64,000 bases of DNA from an uncultured Piscirickettsiaceae bacterium (GTDB lineage: Bacteria > Pseudomonadota > Gammaproteobacteria > Nitrosococcales > Methylophagaceae). This document shows, piece by piece, positions 49,558 through 61,121 of the stretch. The DNA lies in contig CAZRAY010000003.1 of the NCBI GenBank assembly GCA_964598235.1, positions 77 through 64,076 on the forward strand, written 5' to 3'. Positions within the stretch are counted from its first letter, which is position 1, and each line of letters begins with the position of its first letter. Under the pieces are notes generated by a model. It was given only the letters and a program-made list of their open reading frames with translations, ran no database searches and had not been told where the DNA came from. Position numbers and translations under genes: made by a program.

Positions 49558-50956
49558 AACAAATGTATGGATCGTGGATGATGATAAATCTATTCGGTGG
49601 GTACTGCAAAAAGCAATGGAAGAGGCTGATTTAGCGGTTCGTGTATTCGAAAATGCAGAGAACATTCTTCAAGAACTAAAACAAGGGTTGCCAGATGTTT
49701 TGTTAACTGATATCCGAATGCCGGGTATGAGTGGCTTGCAACTGCTAGATAATATTACGGCGCAACATCCTAATCTTCCCGTTATCATTATGACGGCGTA
49801 TTCTGATTTAGATAGCGCCGTATCCGCCTACGAAGGGGGGGCCTTTGAATATTTGCCTAAGCCCTTTGATGTGGATGATGCGGTTGAATTAGTGCAACGT
49901 GCCGCACAACGGCAACAAGATGGTGGCACAGAAATAGATGCACGGATTGGTGCAGATAGCGATATTATTGGGGAAGCGCCTGCGATGCAAGAAGTCTTTC
50001 GTGCTATTGGTCGGTTAGCGCGATCTAATATTACGGTGTTGATCAATGGTGAATCAGGGACAGGGAAAGAATTAGTCGCTAAAGCATTGCATCGGCATAG
50101 CCCGAGGAGTGGCGGGACGTTTATTGCATTGAATATGGCCGCGATTCCCAAAGAATTGATGGAGTCGGAATTATTTGGACATGAGCGCGGTGCATTTACC
50201 GGCGCACATGCGATGCGGAAAGGTCGTTTTGAGCAGGCCGATGGTGGCAGCTTATTTCTTGATGAAATTGGAGATATGCCACTGGAATTGCAAACGCGAT
50301 TATTACGGGTTTTATCTGATGGTGAGTTTTTTCGGGTGGGTGGACATACCACTGTGAAAGCCAACGTACGTATTATTGCTGCGACCCACCAAAATTTAGA
50401 AGAGCAGGTTGCAAAAGGCATCTTCCGAGAAGATTTATTCCATCGGCTCAATGTAATTCGTATTCATATTCCTGCCTTACGTGAACGGCGTGAGGATATC
50501 CCTGCATTGATGAACTATTTCCTTGCCCGGGCAGCAACAGAATTAGAAATGGAAGTGAAAACATTAACCCCTGCCGTGTTATCTCACCTCATTCAACTTG
50601 ATTGGTCAGGGAATGTACGACAACTAGAGAACACTTGTCGATGGCTTACAGTGATGTCACCAGGTCAGCAAGTACAGTTAGAGGATTTACCAATTGAGTT
50701 GGCCACGATACCAAACGGTATCGCTGATGGCACGAACATAAGCACTGGGGATTGGCGTCATGGGTTTAAGCAATGGGTTGCGACCAAGGCGTTAACTGGG
50801 CAAGAAGGCGCTTTGGCAGACGTTGTGCCAGAGATAGAACAATTATTAATGGAAGTGGCATTGGAAAAAACGGTCGGTAAACGCCAAGAGGCAGCAAAAT
50901 TACTTGGCTGGGGGCGTAATACATTGACACGAAAACTTAAAGGTGGCGATAGTTAA
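49541..50956 (+). CDS. ntrC: Nitrogen regulation response regulator NtrC (sigma-54 activator)
   Basis: Receiver domain, AAA+ sigma-54 interaction domain (GESGTGKE, GAFTGA) and a C-terminal Fis-type HTH. Confidence 0.92.
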   Translation: MSVVSKTNVWIVDDDKSIRWVLQKAMEEADLAVRVFENAENILQELKQGLPDVLLTDIRMPGMSGLQLLDNITAQHPNLPVIIMTAYSDLDSAVSAYEGGAFEYLPKPFDVDDAVELVQRAAQRQQDGGTEIDARIGADSDIIGEAPAMQEVFRAIGRLARSNITVLINGESGTGKELVAKALHRHSPRSGGTFIALNMAAIPKELMESELFGHERGAFTGAHAMRKGRFEQADGGSLFLDEIGDMPLELQTRLLRVLSDGEFFRVGGHTTVKANVRIIAATHQNLEEQVAKGIFREDLFHRLNVIRIHIPALRERREDIPALMNYFLARAATELEMEVKTLTPAVLSHLIQLDWSGNVRQLENTCRWLTVMSPGQQVQLEDLPIELATIPNGIADGTNISTGDWRHGFKQWVATKALTGQEGALADVVPEIEQLLMEVALEKTVGKRQEAAKLLGWGRNTLTRKLKGGDS

Positions 50957-50985
50957 AAGCTAGATATATTTTATTAAAATATCAT

Positions 50986-51014
50986 TTGCATAATAGAGCT
51001 CATATCGGTATGAT
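50986..51014 (+). promoter_or_regulatory. Sigma-70 promoter of the tRNA-fMet/nusA-infB operon
   Basis: -35 TTGCAT (50986-50991), 17-nt spacer, -10 TATGAT (51009-51014), then a GC-rich discriminator GGCGGC. It lies 15 nt upstream of the tRNA 5' end. Confidence 0.55.
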
Positions 51015-51028
51015 GGCGGCTTATCTGG

Positions 51029-51105
<77 letters not shown>

Positions 51106-51122
51106 ACAGATTAAGCGTTAAG

Positions 51123-51141
51123 AGCCCCACGAGGGCTTTTT
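51123..51141 (+). terminator. Weak terminator/attenuator 1 after tRNA-fMet
   Basis: Stem AGCCC/GGGCT with loop CACGA, followed by TTTTT. Confidence 0.5.
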
Positions 51142-51161
51142 GTCTTTCTGGGAATTGTAAT

Positions 51162-51181
51162 GGGCCAAGTGCCCTTTTTTT
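51162..51181 (+). terminator. Weak terminator/attenuator 2 before rimP
   Basis: Stem GGGC/GCCC with loop CAAGT, followed by T7. E. coli metY is likewise followed by leaky terminators. Confidence 0.5.
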
Positions 51182-51192
51182 ATGGCTAACGT

Positions 51193-51639
51193 ATGGCAGT
51201 TAATGAACAAATAACACAGTGGATAGAAACGCCTATTGTCTCATTAGGGTATGAGCTGGTGGGTGTGGAATATATTAGCAAGGGCAATGATTCCGTTGTT
51301 CGGGTTTATATTGATGCGGCGGAAGGTATATCTGTTGAGGATTGTGAGCGTGTGAGCCACCAAGTGAGCGGGATATTGGAAGTGGAAGATCCGATTAGTT
51401 CGGCTTATACTTTGGAAGTGTCGTCGCCTGGGTTTGATAGGCCTTTATTTAAGATAGAGCATTATGAGCAGTTTGCAGGCCATGATGCAAAAGTGACATT
51501 AAAACTGCCCATTGAAGGCAGACGTAATTTTACGGGCCAGTTACAAGGTGTTGAAGAATTAGAAGTGCTTATTTTAGTGGATGGTGAAGTGTATGCATTA
51601 CCATTTAATCGGATTACAAAAGCGAGATTAGTGACTTAA
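51193..51639 (+). CDS. rimP: Ribosome maturation factor RimP
   Basis: 148 aa with the conserved LEVSSPGFDRPL motif. Located upstream of nusA. Confidence 0.92.
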   Translation: MAVNEQITQWIETPIVSLGYELVGVEYISKGNDSVVRVYIDAAEGISVEDCERVSHQVSGILEVEDPISSAYTLEVSSPGFDRPLFKIEHYEQFAGHDAKVTLKLPIEGRRNFTGQLQGVEELEVLILVDGEVYALPFNRITKARLVT

Positions 51640-51678
51640 GTTATGATCACTATAATGGTTATTTAGAGAGTATTCAAA

Positions 51679-53199
51679 ATGGATAGCAGAGAAATTTTAT
51701 TGGTTGTTGATGCCATGTCGAATGAAAAAGGCGTGGAGCAATCGGTTATTTTTGAGGCCATTGAAGCGGCTTTGGCGATGGCAACACGTAAACACCATAA
51801 TATGGAATTGGATGCGCGCGTTGCGATTGACCGTGATGGTGGTGAATATGAGACTTTTCGCCAATGGCTGGTCGTAGACGATGATTTTGGTAATACACCT
51901 GAAGAAGGTGATCTCGAAGAAGTTGAAGCATTCCAGCCAGAACTACAAATTCGTTTAAGTGATGCACAGGCAAAGCAAGCTGATATTGAAAGCGGAGATT
52001 ATATCAGCGAGCCGATGGAATCAGCAGCATTTGGTCGGATTGCAGCACAAACAGCAAAACAAATTATTGTGCAAAAAGTGCGTGAAGCAGAACGTGCTCA
52101 AGTGGTTGCGCTCTATGAAGATAAAATTGGTGAGATGATTTTAGGCACTGTGAAACGTGTTGAGCGTGGCAATGTGACGATTGATTTAGGTGGCAATGCC
52201 GAAGCATTTATTCCGCGCGAAGAAATGATTCCAAGAGAGTCGGTTCGTTCGGGCGACCGTATCCGAGGGTATTTGAAAGAAATTCGAGAAGATCATCGTG
52301 GGCCACAATTGGTGGTGAGCCGTATCCATTCCAACCTTTTAGTAGAACTATTTAAATTAGAAGTGCCTGAAATTGCGGATGGGTTAATTGAAATTAAAGG
52401 TGCAGCGCGTGACCCTGGCCTACGTGCAAAAATTGCGGTGGAAGCGAAAGAAGATCGAATTGATCCAGTGGGTGCGTGTGTAGGTATGCGGGGTTCTCGT
52501 GTTCAGGTCGTGACGAATGAATTAGGTGGCGAGCGTATTGATATTATTGTGTGGGATGAAGATCCTGCCTTGTTTGCAGTCAATGCGATGGCACCTGCGG
52601 AAGTATTGTCAATTGTCGTGGATGAAGATTCACATAGTATGGATGTGGCGGTTGATGAAGAATCGTTATCGCAAGCAATTGGTCGAGGCGGCCAGAATAT
52701 TCGCTTGGCAAGTCGTTTAACCGGCTGGGAATTGAATGTGATGTCGGTTGATGATGCGAATGAAAAAGCAGAATCAGAGGCGAGTGTACATATTGCTGCT
52801 TTTATGGAGCAATTAGATGTGGATGAAGATTTGGCCCTGATCTTGGTGCAAGAAGGATTTACTAGCCTAGAAGAAATTGCTTATGTGGCAGAAGAAGAAA
52901 TGCGGGCCATTGAAGAGTTTGATGATGAGATGGTGGTGGAATTACGTTCACGTGCTAGTGATATTTTGTTAACGCGGGCATTGGCAAGCGAAGAAAGTAT
53001 TGAGCCTGCTCAAGATTTACTTGAAATGGACGGGATTACTGCTGCATTGGCGCAGAAATTAGCAAGTAAAGGCATTGTTACAAAAGAAGATTTAGCGGAA
53101 CAAGCCGTCGATGAGTTAATGGAAGTGGATGGAATGGAAGAAGCGTTGGCAGGCTCTCTGATTATGAAAGCACGTGAATCGTGGTTTACTGAAGATTAA
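51679..53199 (+). CDS. nusA: Transcription termination/antitermination factor NusA
   Basis: 506 aa with S1 and KH domains and C-terminal acidic repeats. Confidence 0.96.
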   Translation: MDSREILLVVDAMSNEKGVEQSVIFEAIEAALAMATRKHHNMELDARVAIDRDGGEYETFRQWLVVDDDFGNTPEEGDLEEVEAFQPELQIRLSDAQAKQADIESGDYISEPMESAAFGRIAAQTAKQIIVQKVREAERAQVVALYEDKIGEMILGTVKRVERGNVTIDLGGNAEAFIPREEMIPRESVRSGDRIRGYLKEIREDHRGPQLVVSRIHSNLLVELFKLEVPEIADGLIEIKGAARDPGLRAKIAVEAKEDRIDPVGACVGMRGSRVQVVTNELGGERIDIIVWDEDPALFAVNAMAPAEVLSIVVDEDSHSMDVAVDEESLSQAIGRGGQNIRLASRLTGWELNVMSVDDANEKAESEASVHIAAFMEQLDVDEDLALILVQEGFTSLEEIAYVAEEEMRAIEEFDDEMVVELRSRASDILLTRALASEESIEPAQDLLEMDGITAALAQKLASKGIVTKEDLAEQAVDELMEVDGMEEALAGSLIMKARESWFTED

Positions 53200-53220
53200 G
53201 CGGGAGCGGAGGAATACGCC

Positions 53221-56052
53221 ATGAGTGGAATGAAAGTTGAAAATTTGGCCAGTACAATAGGGGTCACGCCGGAAAAACTGATTGAACAGTTGAATGAGGC
53301 GGGCGTTAAGGTGAGTAGCACTGAAGATGTTATTTCGGATGCGCAAAAGCAAACCTTACTAACCTTTTTGCGTGAACGGCATGGTAAGAGCGGGCAATCG
53401 GGCTCTCGCAAGGTGACGTTGAAACGTAAGTCGGAAGGCGAATTGAGTGTCGGTGGCGCGGCCCGTGCGGGGAAAAGCATTAATGTGGTGCGGAAAAAAC
53501 GGACTTTTGTAAAGAAAACGCCTGCAGAGTTGGCGGCTGAGAAAGAAAAATCAACAGCCACTGAACCGACTGTTGATTTAATCAAAATGCGCCAAGAGAA
53601 AGAAATGGCGGCACGCCAACAGGCGCGTGTAGATGCTGAGACGCGGGAGGCTGTTGCCGCAGAGAAAGAAAAAGTAGCGATAGAAGCGGTAAAAGAAGCA
53701 GAAAAAGAAGCTGCTATTGCACAAGCAGAAGTAGATAAATTAGCAGTGGAAGCGGAAGCTGCGGCAGCTGAAGAAGTTGCGAAAGAAGAGCTTGTTGCTA
53801 AGCCAGAAAAAGAAGCAGGGGGAAAGTCGGAAGCAGCAGCAGAAATAAAGCCAGACGTAGCTACTGCATTATCCCCTACAGAGATAGCGAAGCAGAAATT
53901 AGCGGAAGCAGATGAAAAACGCCGCGCTGCAAATCTGGCACGCCAAAATGCAGAAAAAGCATTGGTAGAACGCCGGAAAATGCGTAAAGAGGAAGAGGCT
54001 TTAGCGAAAGAGCGTGCGAAAGAACAAAAAGCAGCAGAAGAAAAGGCAAAAGTAGATAAAGCCGCACGTGATGCGCAAAAATCAGCTAAGAAGCCTGCGT
54101 CACCAACAACGCCGCCTGCAGATAAAGATCAAGGTAAGCGTGGTCGGAATAAGAAGTCAAAATATGATCGTGCAGAATTACACGTTGGCAAAGGTCGCGG
54201 TGGTAATCGTAAGCAGCGGGCAGTTGCAGCGCGTATTATGAAGTCAGAAGAAGATAATGAGCATGGCTTCTCTATGCCGACTGAGGCAGTGGTCTATACG
54301 GTTGATGTACCAGACACGATCAGTGTGTCTGATTTGGCGCAAGGCATGTCAGTTAAAGCAGGTGAAGTAATCAAGATCTTAATGGGATTGGGTACGATGG
54401 CGACCATTAACCAAGTGTTAGATCAAGATACGGCAACGATTGTTATCGAAGAAATGGGCCATGTTGCGAATCCTGTCCATGAAAACGCATTGGAAATGGA
54501 ATTAGAAAGCTTGATGGAAGGTGAATCAGGTGATGCGGTGAAACGTGCACCTGTGGTGACCGTAATGGGTCATGTTGATCATGGTAAAACATCACTACTA
54601 GATTATATTCGTCAGTCAAAAGTAACCGATGGTGAAGCAGGTGGGATCACACAGCATATTGGTGCTTATAAAGTACAAGTAAAGGATGATGAGATTACAT
54701 TCTTGGATACTCCAGGCCATGCCGCCTTTACCGATATGCGGATCCGCGGTGCCAATGCAACAGATATTGTGATTATCGTTGTGGCTGCTGATGATGGCGT
54801 GATGCCGCAAACAATTGAAGCGGTGAAGCATGCGAAAGCAGCCGAGGCGACGATTATTATTGCGGTCAATAAAATGGATAAAGAAGATGCGAATCCTGAC
54901 CGGGTGAAACAAGAACTATCTAATCATGAAATTGTGCCTGAAGACTGGGGTGGCGATGTGCCGTTTGTGCCTGTATCTGCGTTAACAGGGCAGGGTATTG
55001 ATGATTTACTGGAGACCATTGCATTGCAGGCCGAAGTCTTAGAGTTGGCTGCGCCGATTGATGGCCCTGCAACGGGTGTGGTGATTGAAGCGCGATTAGA
55101 TAAAGGTCGCGGTACGGTGGTGACGGTATTAGTGCAAAGTGGCACCTTGAAGAAAGGTGATGTGGTTGTGGTCGGCCAAGAATATGGCCGTGTGCGTGCG
55201 TTGACCAATGAGAAGTCAGAAGCAATGAGTTCAGCCACACCGTCAACACCCGTTGAATTATTGGGTTTATCAGGCACACCGGCAGCAGGCGATCCTTTGC
55301 ATGTGGCACCCGATGAGCGTAAAGCACGTGAAATTGCAAATGCACGAGAAGTGAAAGCGCGTGAAATGAAGCTAGGCCAACAACAAGCCGCGAAATTAGA
55401 AGAAATGTTCAATAAGATGGAAGAGGGCACTGCTGATGTGCAAACTCTGAATGTCGTAGTGAAAGCCGATGTGCATGGTTCTGCGGAAGCGGTGAGCCAG
55501 TCATTGACCAATTTATCGACAGACAAAATTAAAGTGCGCGTGGTATCCAGTGGCGTCGGTGGCATCAATGAAACGGATGCACAATTAGCAGCCTCTTCGG
55601 ATGCGATTCTGATTGGCTTTAATGTGCGGGCAGATAATGCGGCGCGTAAAGTGATTATGGAACGTGGATTGGACGTGCAATATTTCAGTATTATCTATGA
55701 TTTGATTGATGTGGTAACGGCGTCGATGACCGGTATGTTGGCACCGGTTTATAAAGATGAAATCATTGGTCTTGCTGAGGTGAAAGAGGTCTTTAGTTCT
55801 CCTAAATTTGGTGATATCGCGGGTTCAATCGTGATGGATGGTAAGATTAAACGGAATAACCCGATTCGGGTATTGCGTGATAATGTAGTTATTTATGAAG
55901 GTGAGTTGGAATCATTACGTCGCTTTAAAGATGAAGTGAAAGAAGTGATTTCTGGCGTGGAATGTGGCATTGGGGTGAAGGATTATAAAGATGTACAACC
56001 CGGTGACCAGATTGAAGTCTTTGAACGCGTATTGATGAAGCCGACCTTATAA
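53221..56052 (+). CDS. infB: Translation initiation factor IF-2
   Basis: 943 aa with a Lys/Ala/Glu-rich N-terminal region and G-domain motifs [21 protein letters not shown]. Confidence 0.97.
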   Translation: MSGMKVENLASTIGVTPEKLIEQLNEAGVKVSSTEDVISDAQKQTLLTFLRERHGKSGQSGSRKVTLKRKSEGELSVGGAARAGKSINVVRKKRTFVKKTPAELAAEKEKSTATEPTVDLIKMRQEKEMAARQQARVDAETREAVAAEKEKVAIEAVKEAEKEAAIAQAEVDKLAVEAEAAAAEEVAKEELVAKPEKEAGGKSEAAAEIKPDVATALSPTEIAKQKLAEADEKRRAANLARQNAEKALVERRKMRKEEEALAKERAKEQKAAEEKAKVDKAARDAQKSAKKPASPTTPPADKDQGKRGRNKKSKYDRAELHVGKGRGGNRKQRAVAARIMKSEEDNEHGFSMPTEAVVYTVDVPDTISVSDLAQGMSVKAGEVIKILMGLGTMATINQVLDQDTATIVIEEMGHVANPVHENALEMELESLMEGESGDAVKRAPVVTVMGHVDHGKTSLLDYIRQSKVTDGEAGGITQHIGAYKVQVKDDEITFLDTPGHAAFTDMRIRGANATDIVIIVVAADDGVMPQTIEAVKHAKAAEATIIIAVNKMDKEDANPDRVKQELSNHEIVPEDWGGDVPFVPVSALTGQGIDDLLETIALQAEVLELAAPIDGPATGVVIEARLDKGRGTVVTVLVQSGTLKKGDVVVVGQEYGRVRALTNEKSEAMSSATPSTPVELLGLSGTPAAGDPLHVAPDERKAREIANAREVKAREMKLGQQQAAKLEEMFNKMEEGTADVQTLNVVVKADVHGSAEAVSQSLTNLSTDKIKVRVVSSGVGGINETDAQLAASSDAILIGFNVRADNAARKVIMERGLDVQYFSIIYDLIDVVTASMTGMLAPVYKDEIIGLAEVKEVFSSPKFGDIAGSIVMDGKIKRNNPIRVLRDNVVIYEGELESLRRFKDEVKEVISGVECGIGVKDYKDVQPGDQIEVFERVLMKPTL

Positions 56053-56053
56053 A

Positions 56054-56428
56054 ATGGCAAGAGAATTTAATCGTACAGATCGTATCGGCCAGCTTATGCA
56101 ACGTGAGCTGGCGCAGATGATACAACATGATATCGGCGATCCCCGCGTGGGCTTGGTGACGATTTCGCATGTGGATGTAACCGCGGATCTAAAGTACGCT
56201 AAGATTTATGTCACGCGGTTAACTGGTCAAGAAACTCAAAAGAACATTGATGAATGCTTGGCTGGGTTATCACATGCTGCTGGTTTCTTACGGCGGAATT
56301 TGGCCAAACGCATTGATTTACGCATCATGCCTGAATTGAAGTTTTTATATGATAAATCTTTAGAGCATGGTTTCCATATGGATGCGTTAATTGCGAAAGC
56401 AAACTCAGATAGCGATGGCGAGACGTAG
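56054..56428 (+). CDS. rbfA: Ribosome-binding factor A
   Basis: 124 aa RbfA-like sequence (RIGQLMQRELAQMI...). Starts 1 nt after the infB stop. Confidence 0.93.
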   Translation: MAREFNRTDRIGQLMQRELAQMIQHDIGDPRVGLVTISHVDVTADLKYAKIYVTRLTGQETQKNIDECLAGLSHAAGFLRRNLAKRIDLRIMPELKFLYDKSLEHGFHMDALIAKANSDSDGET

Positions 56429-57362
56429 AAAAGGACGGCCGATTAGCGGGATCATCATTTTAGATAAACCGTTAGGGCGCAGTTCTAATCATGTTTTACA
56501 AGAAGTAAAACGCTTATTCAATGCACAAAAAGCAGGCCATACAGGTAGCCTTGATCCCTTAGCAACGGGCTTATTGCCGATTTGTTTGGGGGAGGCGACC
56601 AAAGTATCCTCTTATTTATTGGATGCAAATAAAAGCTATCAGGTGACGTGTCAGCTAGGAATCACAACAGATACAGGTGATGCAGAAGGTAAGGTAATTG
56701 AACAGCAGCCGGTGCCTACTTTAGACGAATCTGCCATTCAAACGTTATTAGCGGCGTTGGTGGGCGAACAAGATCAAGTGCCGCCGATGTATTCCGCACT
56801 CAAGCATCAAGGGCAGCCTTTATACAAATTAGCACGCCAAGGCATTGAAATCGAGCGCAAGGCGCGCCGGATCACAATTTATGGCATTCAACTTGATGAG
56901 ATGACTGCGGATAGCGTAACGCTGACGGTGAAATGTAGCAAAGGCACTTATATTCGGACCTTAGCTGAGGAAATTGGCCATAAGCTGGACTGTGGTGCGC
57001 ATGTGAGCATGTTAAGACGGATTGAAGTGGCGGGCTATGAGATGTCGCAATCGATCACCTTAGAGACTTTGCATCAAGCAGCTGAACAGGGAATGGTGGT
57101 ATTAGATACCCATTTGTTAGCAACAGAGGATGCTTTGCCTGATTGGCCCTCAAGATACTTAAATCAAGCACAAACGGCTTATTTGCAGCAAGGACGATTA
57201 GTCACACTAGAGCAAGAGACTGCCGCAGTGCAAACAAAAGTACGCTTATTCGATGATAAGGGTGTTTTTTTCGGGCTAGGTGAAATACAAGCCGATCAGG
57301 TGTTAGCACCCAAGCGGATAATGGTTTTTCCTTGTCATGTGGATGAAATCCCAGTAGAATAA
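56415..57362 (+). CDS. truB: tRNA pseudouridine(55) synthase TruB
   Basis: GHTGSLDPLATGLLPIC catalytic motif. The start is taken at MARRRKGRPISG (56415) rather than the upstream ATG at 56391 inside rbfA. Confidence 0.92.
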   Translation: MARRRKGRPISGIIILDKPLGRSSNHVLQEVKRLFNAQKAGHTGSLDPLATGLLPICLGEATKVSSYLLDANKSYQVTCQLGITTDTGDAEGKVIEQQPVPTLDESAIQTLLAALVGEQDQVPPMYSALKHQGQPLYKLARQGIEIERKARRITIYGIQLDEMTADSVTLTVKCSKGTYIRTLAEEIGHKLDCGAHVSMLRRIEVAGYEMSQSITLETLHQAAEQGMVVLDTHLLATEDALPDWPSRYLNQAQTAYLQQGRLVTLEQETAAVQTKVRLFDDKGVFFGLGEIQADQVLAPKRIMVFPCHVDEIPVE

Positions 57363-57501
57363 CGCGCTTCATTAAGGCATTATTATTGATGTCTGTATGT
57401 AAGGTTGGGTAAGTTGGTGGTGCATGACGCATTGGCTGACTTATACCAGAATTTAACTATCAACCACCGATAACGGTGTGTTTACAAAAGTTGGAGTATT
57501 T

Positions 57502-57771
57502 ATGTCATTATCAATTGAAGAAACAAAAGCAGTCGTTGAGAAATATCAACGCTCAGAAGGCGACACCGGTTCTGCGGAAGTACAAGTTGCATTATTAACA
57601 GCACGTATCGCAAACTTAGCACCACACTTCGAAAATAACATCCACGATCATCACTCACGCCAAGGCTTGCTTAAAATGGTAAGTGGTCGTCGTAAATTAT
57701 TAGACTATCTTAAAAAGAAAGACATTACCCGCTATCGTGAGCTTATCGCTAGTCTAGGTTTACGTCGCTAA
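57502..57771 (+). CDS. rpsO: 30S ribosomal protein S15
   Basis: 89 aa ([33 protein letters not shown]...[10 protein letters not shown]). GGAG lies upstream of the ATG at 57502. Confidence 0.96.
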   Translation: MSLSIEETKAVVEKYQRSEGDTGSAEVQVALLTARIANLAPHFENNIHDHHSRQGLLKMVSGRRKLLDYLKKKDITRYRELIASLGLRR

Positions 57772-57797
57772 GATGTCATCGAGTTATCGATAAAAAC

Positions 57798-57838
57798 AAT
57801 GCCCTTGAGATCGTTGGTCTCAGGGGCATTTGTATTTT
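57798..57838 (+). terminator. rpsO rho-independent terminator
   Basis: 13-bp stem (AATGCCCTTGAGA / TCTCAGGGGCATT) with a 7-nt loop, followed by TGTATTTT. Confidence 0.75.
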
Positions 57839-57890
57839 AAAGGCGTGATTTCATGTGAGACGCGTCATCTATCCAGAAAGGAAATGAAAA

Positions 57891-59969
57891 GTGAATTCAG
57901 TTAAAAAGACAGTGCAATACGGGGAGCACACGCTTAGCCTTGAAACAGGTAAAATTGCACGCCAAGCAAGTGGTGCGATTATCGCTAGCTTAGGTGAGAC
58001 CTCTGTAATGGTGACCGTTGTGGGTAAAAAACAGGTTCAACCAGGTCAAGGCTTCTTCCCGTTGACCGTGAACTACCAAGAGCGTACTTACTCAGCAGGT
58101 AAAATCCCAGGTGGCTTCTTCAAACGTGAAGGTCGTCCTTCTGAAAAAGAAACATTAACCTGTCGTTTAATTGATCGTCCATTGCGTCCATTATTTCCGA
58201 AAAACTTTTTAAATGAAGTGCAAGTTATCGCGACAGTCATGGCATTAGATCCTGCGATTGATCCTGATATTCCTGCGATGATTGGTGCATCTGCGGCATT
58301 GGCCATTTCTGGTATCCCATTCAATGGCCCAATTGGTGGCGCGCGTGTGGGTTATATCAATGGCGAATATGTGCTGAATCCAAGTAAAGAACAACTAGAG
58401 ACAAGTGAATTAGATTTGGTTGTTGCCGGTACGGAAAGCGCGGTATTGATGGTTGAATCTGAAGCCTCTGAATTATCAGAAGAAGTGATGTTAGGTTCGG
58501 TTATGTTTGGTCATCAAGCATTACAAGCACCCATTGCACTTATCAACGAATTAAAAGCAGAGGTCGGTAAAGAAGCATGGGATTGGTCTGCACCAGAAAA
58601 AGATCCTGCTATCTATGATGCGGTTAAAGCAAACGCATTAGCTGGCATTGAAAAATCATATGAAATTAGCGAAAAATTAGTGCGTCAAGATGCACTAGGT
58701 GTTGTCCGTGACGCAGCTATTGAAGCCTTAGCGAGTGAAGAATCAGACATGTCAGCTGATGATGTGCGTGGTGCATTCGCTACAATTGAAAAAGAATTAG
58801 TGCGCGGCAAAATTATTGCAGGTGAACCTCGTATTGATGGTCGTGATACAGCAACGGTACGTCAAGTGACGGTTGAAACAACTGTCTTGCCACGCGTTCA
58901 TGGTTCTGCTTTATTCACCCGTGGCGAAACACAAGCAATTGTTGTGGCAACACTCGGTGCGGAGCGTGATGCACAAATGATCGATGCGGTTGAAGGTGAA
59001 TACCGCGACCGTTTCATGTTGCATTACAACTTCCCTCCATTCTGTGTGGGCGAAACAGGTTTCGTTGGCTCGCCTAAACGTCGTGAAATCGGCCATGGTA
59101 AATTAGCAAAACGCGGTATTCAAGCTGTAATGCCTTCTGCTGAAGATTTCCCGTATGTAGTGCGTGTGGTGTCAGAAATCACAGAATCTAACGGCTCAAG
59201 CTCAATGGCGTCGGTATGTGGTACTTCACTAGCGTTAATGGATGCGGGTGTGCCAATCAAAGCACCCGTTGCCGGTATTGCAATGGGCTTAATCAAAGAA
59301 GACGCGGGTTATGCTGTGTTAACGGATATCTTAGGTGATGAAGATCACTTAGGTGATATGGACTTTAAAGTGGCGGGTACCGCAAAAGGTATCACCGCAC
59401 TTCAAATGGATATCAAAATTGAAGGCATCAATGAAGAAATCATGACAACGGCATTAGCGCAAGCGCGTGATGGTCGTTTAACCATTCTTGACACCATGAA
59501 TGCAAACCTTGCATCTCATCGTGAAGAAATGTCTGAATATGCACCGCGTATTATTACGATTAAAGTGCACCCAGATAAAATTCGTGATGTGATCGGTAAG
59601 GGTGGTGCAACCATTCGTGCACTGACAGAAGAAACGGGTGCGGTTATTGATATTCAAGATGATGGCACGGTAATGATCTTCTCTTCTGACTATAATGCAG
59701 GTAAAGAAGCACAACGCCGTATTGAGCAGATAACTGCTGATGTTGAAGTCGGTGTTATCTATGAAGGTACCGTTGCTAAATTGATGGACTTCGGTGCATT
59801 TGTGACTATCTTGCCAGGTAAAGATGGCCTTGTGCATATCTCACAAATTTCTGATGAGCGCGTTGAAAACGTGAGCGACAAATTATCAGAAGGTGATGTG
59901 ATTAAGGTGAAAGTATTGGAAGTTGATCGTCAAGGCCGTATTCGCCTAAGCATGAAAGAAGTCGACTAA
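57891..59969 (+). CDS. pnp: Polyribonucleotide nucleotidyltransferase (PNPase)
   Basis: 692 aa with two RNase PH domains plus KH and S1 domains. GTG start. Confidence 0.96.
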   Translation: MNSVKKTVQYGEHTLSLETGKIARQASGAIIASLGETSVMVTVVGKKQVQPGQGFFPLTVNYQERTYSAGKIPGGFFKREGRPSEKETLTCRLIDRPLRPLFPKNFLNEVQVIATVMALDPAIDPDIPAMIGASAALAISGIPFNGPIGGARVGYINGEYVLNPSKEQLETSELDLVVAGTESAVLMVESEASELSEEVMLGSVMFGHQALQAPIALINELKAEVGKEAWDWSAPEKDPAIYDAVKANALAGIEKSYEISEKLVRQDALGVVRDAAIEALASEESDMSADDVRGAFATIEKELVRGKIIAGEPRIDGRDTATVRQVTVETTVLPRVHGSALFTRGETQAIVVATLGAERDAQMIDAVEGEYRDRFMLHYNFPPFCVGETGFVGSPKRREIGHGKLAKRGIQAVMPSAEDFPYVVRVVSEITESNGSSSMASVCGTSLALMDAGVPIKAPVAGIAMGLIKEDAGYAVLTDILGDEDHLGDMDFKVAGTAKGITALQMDIKIEGINEEIMTTALAQARDGRLTILDTMNANLASHREEMSEYAPRIITIKVHPDKIRDVIGKGGATIRALTEETGAVIDIQDDGTVMIFSSDYNAGKEAQRRIEQITADVEVGVIYEGTVAKLMDFGAFVTILPGKDGLVHISQISDERVENVSDKLSEGDVIKVKVLEVDRQGRIRLSMKEVD

Positions 59970-60024
59970 ACGTATTGTCTTTCATCTGATATGATGAAAA
60001 ATACTTAGCGTTCGCACTTTAAAT

Positions 60025-60059
60025 AAAAAGGCGCCCTATGTGAATAGGGCGCCTTTTTT
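60025..60059. terminator. Bidirectional rho-independent terminator between pnp and the SGNH hydrolase gene
   Basis: 10-bp stem GGCGCCCTAT/ATAGGGCGCC with a 4-nt loop, flanked by A5 and T6. Confidence 0.85.
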
Positions 60060-60086
60060 GTGCCTAACGTTAGAGAAACGATAGAT

Positions 60087-60734
60087 TCAGAATGTTTTAG
60101 TGTTTGAGACGGCCTTGCTTATTGCGAGGCCCAGTGTCTGATGTTGTTCTGCGTCTAAATGAATACCATCTATGCTGCTTGCCTCCGTCACGCTACCCGC
60201 ATCAAAATAATAAACCCCAGAATCTTTTGCGACTTCTTTAAGCGCATCCGCCAAACCAACACTGCGTTTTTCAGCGTCTTTAAATTTTGCTGAAATTATA
60301 CCTTTAGGCTGAATGATTCTCGGCGGTGCAATAATCATTATTTCGGGGATAGGCATGCCAGGTTCTATGGGCGATTGACGAATGATATTGATGAGTTTCA
60401 TTGTGCCTTGAGCAGATAACCAAGCATTATTATCATGTGTACATTGGAAATCATTTGTACCGAGCATCAGAATAACGAGTTTGAGTGGAGAGTGCATCTC
60501 AATGATTTGTGCCAAGTCTTGTGAACCGTCACGACCCGGCTTAAGAGGATCATCCCATGCTGTCCTTCGGCCATTAAGACAATTTTCGATGATTCGAACA
60601 TGATTACCCTGCGCATTAAAGCTGTTTTCGAAAACACCGGGCCATCGTTTCTCAAAGGGGAGTCGGTTTCTCGTGTTTGGGATAATTCCCCAGGTGAGAG
60701 AATCTGAATAAATAAGGATGTGTTCCATTTTCAA
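60087..60734 (-). CDS. SGNH/GDSL-family hydrolase (215 aa)
   Basis: Block I ILIYSDSLTWG, block III LGTND, block V DGIHLD. Confidence 0.8.
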   Translation of the reverse strand: MKMEHILIYSDSLTWGIIPNTRNRLPFEKRWPGVFENSFNAQGNHVRIIENCLNGRRTAWDDPLKPGRDGSQDLAQIIEMHSPLKLVILMLGTNDFQCTHDNNAWLSAQGTMKLINIIRQSPIEPGMPIPEIMIIAPPRIIQPKGIISAKFKDAEKRSVGLADALKEVAKDSGVYYFDAGSVTEASSIDGIHLDAEQHQTLGLAISKAVSNTKTF

Positions 60735-60782
60735 TATCCGACGTATGAAGTAATTTATATGGTTTTGGAGTATATCGCTTTT

Positions 60783-61112
60783 TTAATCATGAAACATACA
60801 ATCTGCACAAGAGGATGTGTTATTGAAAATAGAATTATAATGTTCGACCTCGGGCATGGGTTCATAAAAATGATGTAATAGCTTGCGCCATTCTTGATAT
60901 TGATCAGAACCTCGAAAACCAACGGTATGATCCTCGAGCGATTCCCAATTGACTAAAAGAATATACCGGCTCGTATTCTCAATAGAACGCTGGAGTTGGT
61001 GTGAGTCATATCCAGACATGCTGCAAATGATTTTTTGTGCGGCACCAAAAGCCATTTCGAACTCAGTTTCTTGGCCAGGTTTCACATCTAGAATGGCAAC
61101 TTCTAATACCAT
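60783..61112 (-). CDS. Antibiotic biosynthesis monooxygenase (ABM)-domain protein (109 aa)
   Basis: Ferredoxin-like ABM sequence (VLEVAILDVKPGQETEFEMAF...LLVNWESLEDHTVGFRGS). Confidence 0.7.
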   Translation of the reverse strand: MVLEVAILDVKPGQETEFEMAFGAAQKIICSMSGYDSHQLQRSIENTSRYILLVNWESLEDHTVGFRGSDQYQEWRKLLHHFYEPMPEVEHYNSIFNNTSSCADCMFHD

Positions 61113-61121
61113 GATGCCTCC

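Noticed and set aside
49828-50451. Long antisense ORFs inside well-supported genes. Examples are 207 aa in ntrC, 214 aa at 54924-55568 in infB, 159 aa at 27655-28134 in holA, 148 aa at 4972-5418 in recB and 165 aa at 42466-42963 in yhdP.
   Set aside because: These are shadow ORFs opposite strongly supported coding frames. They have no start context or family resemblance, and their composition (Ser/Pro/Arg/Cys-rich) is typical of antisense frames.
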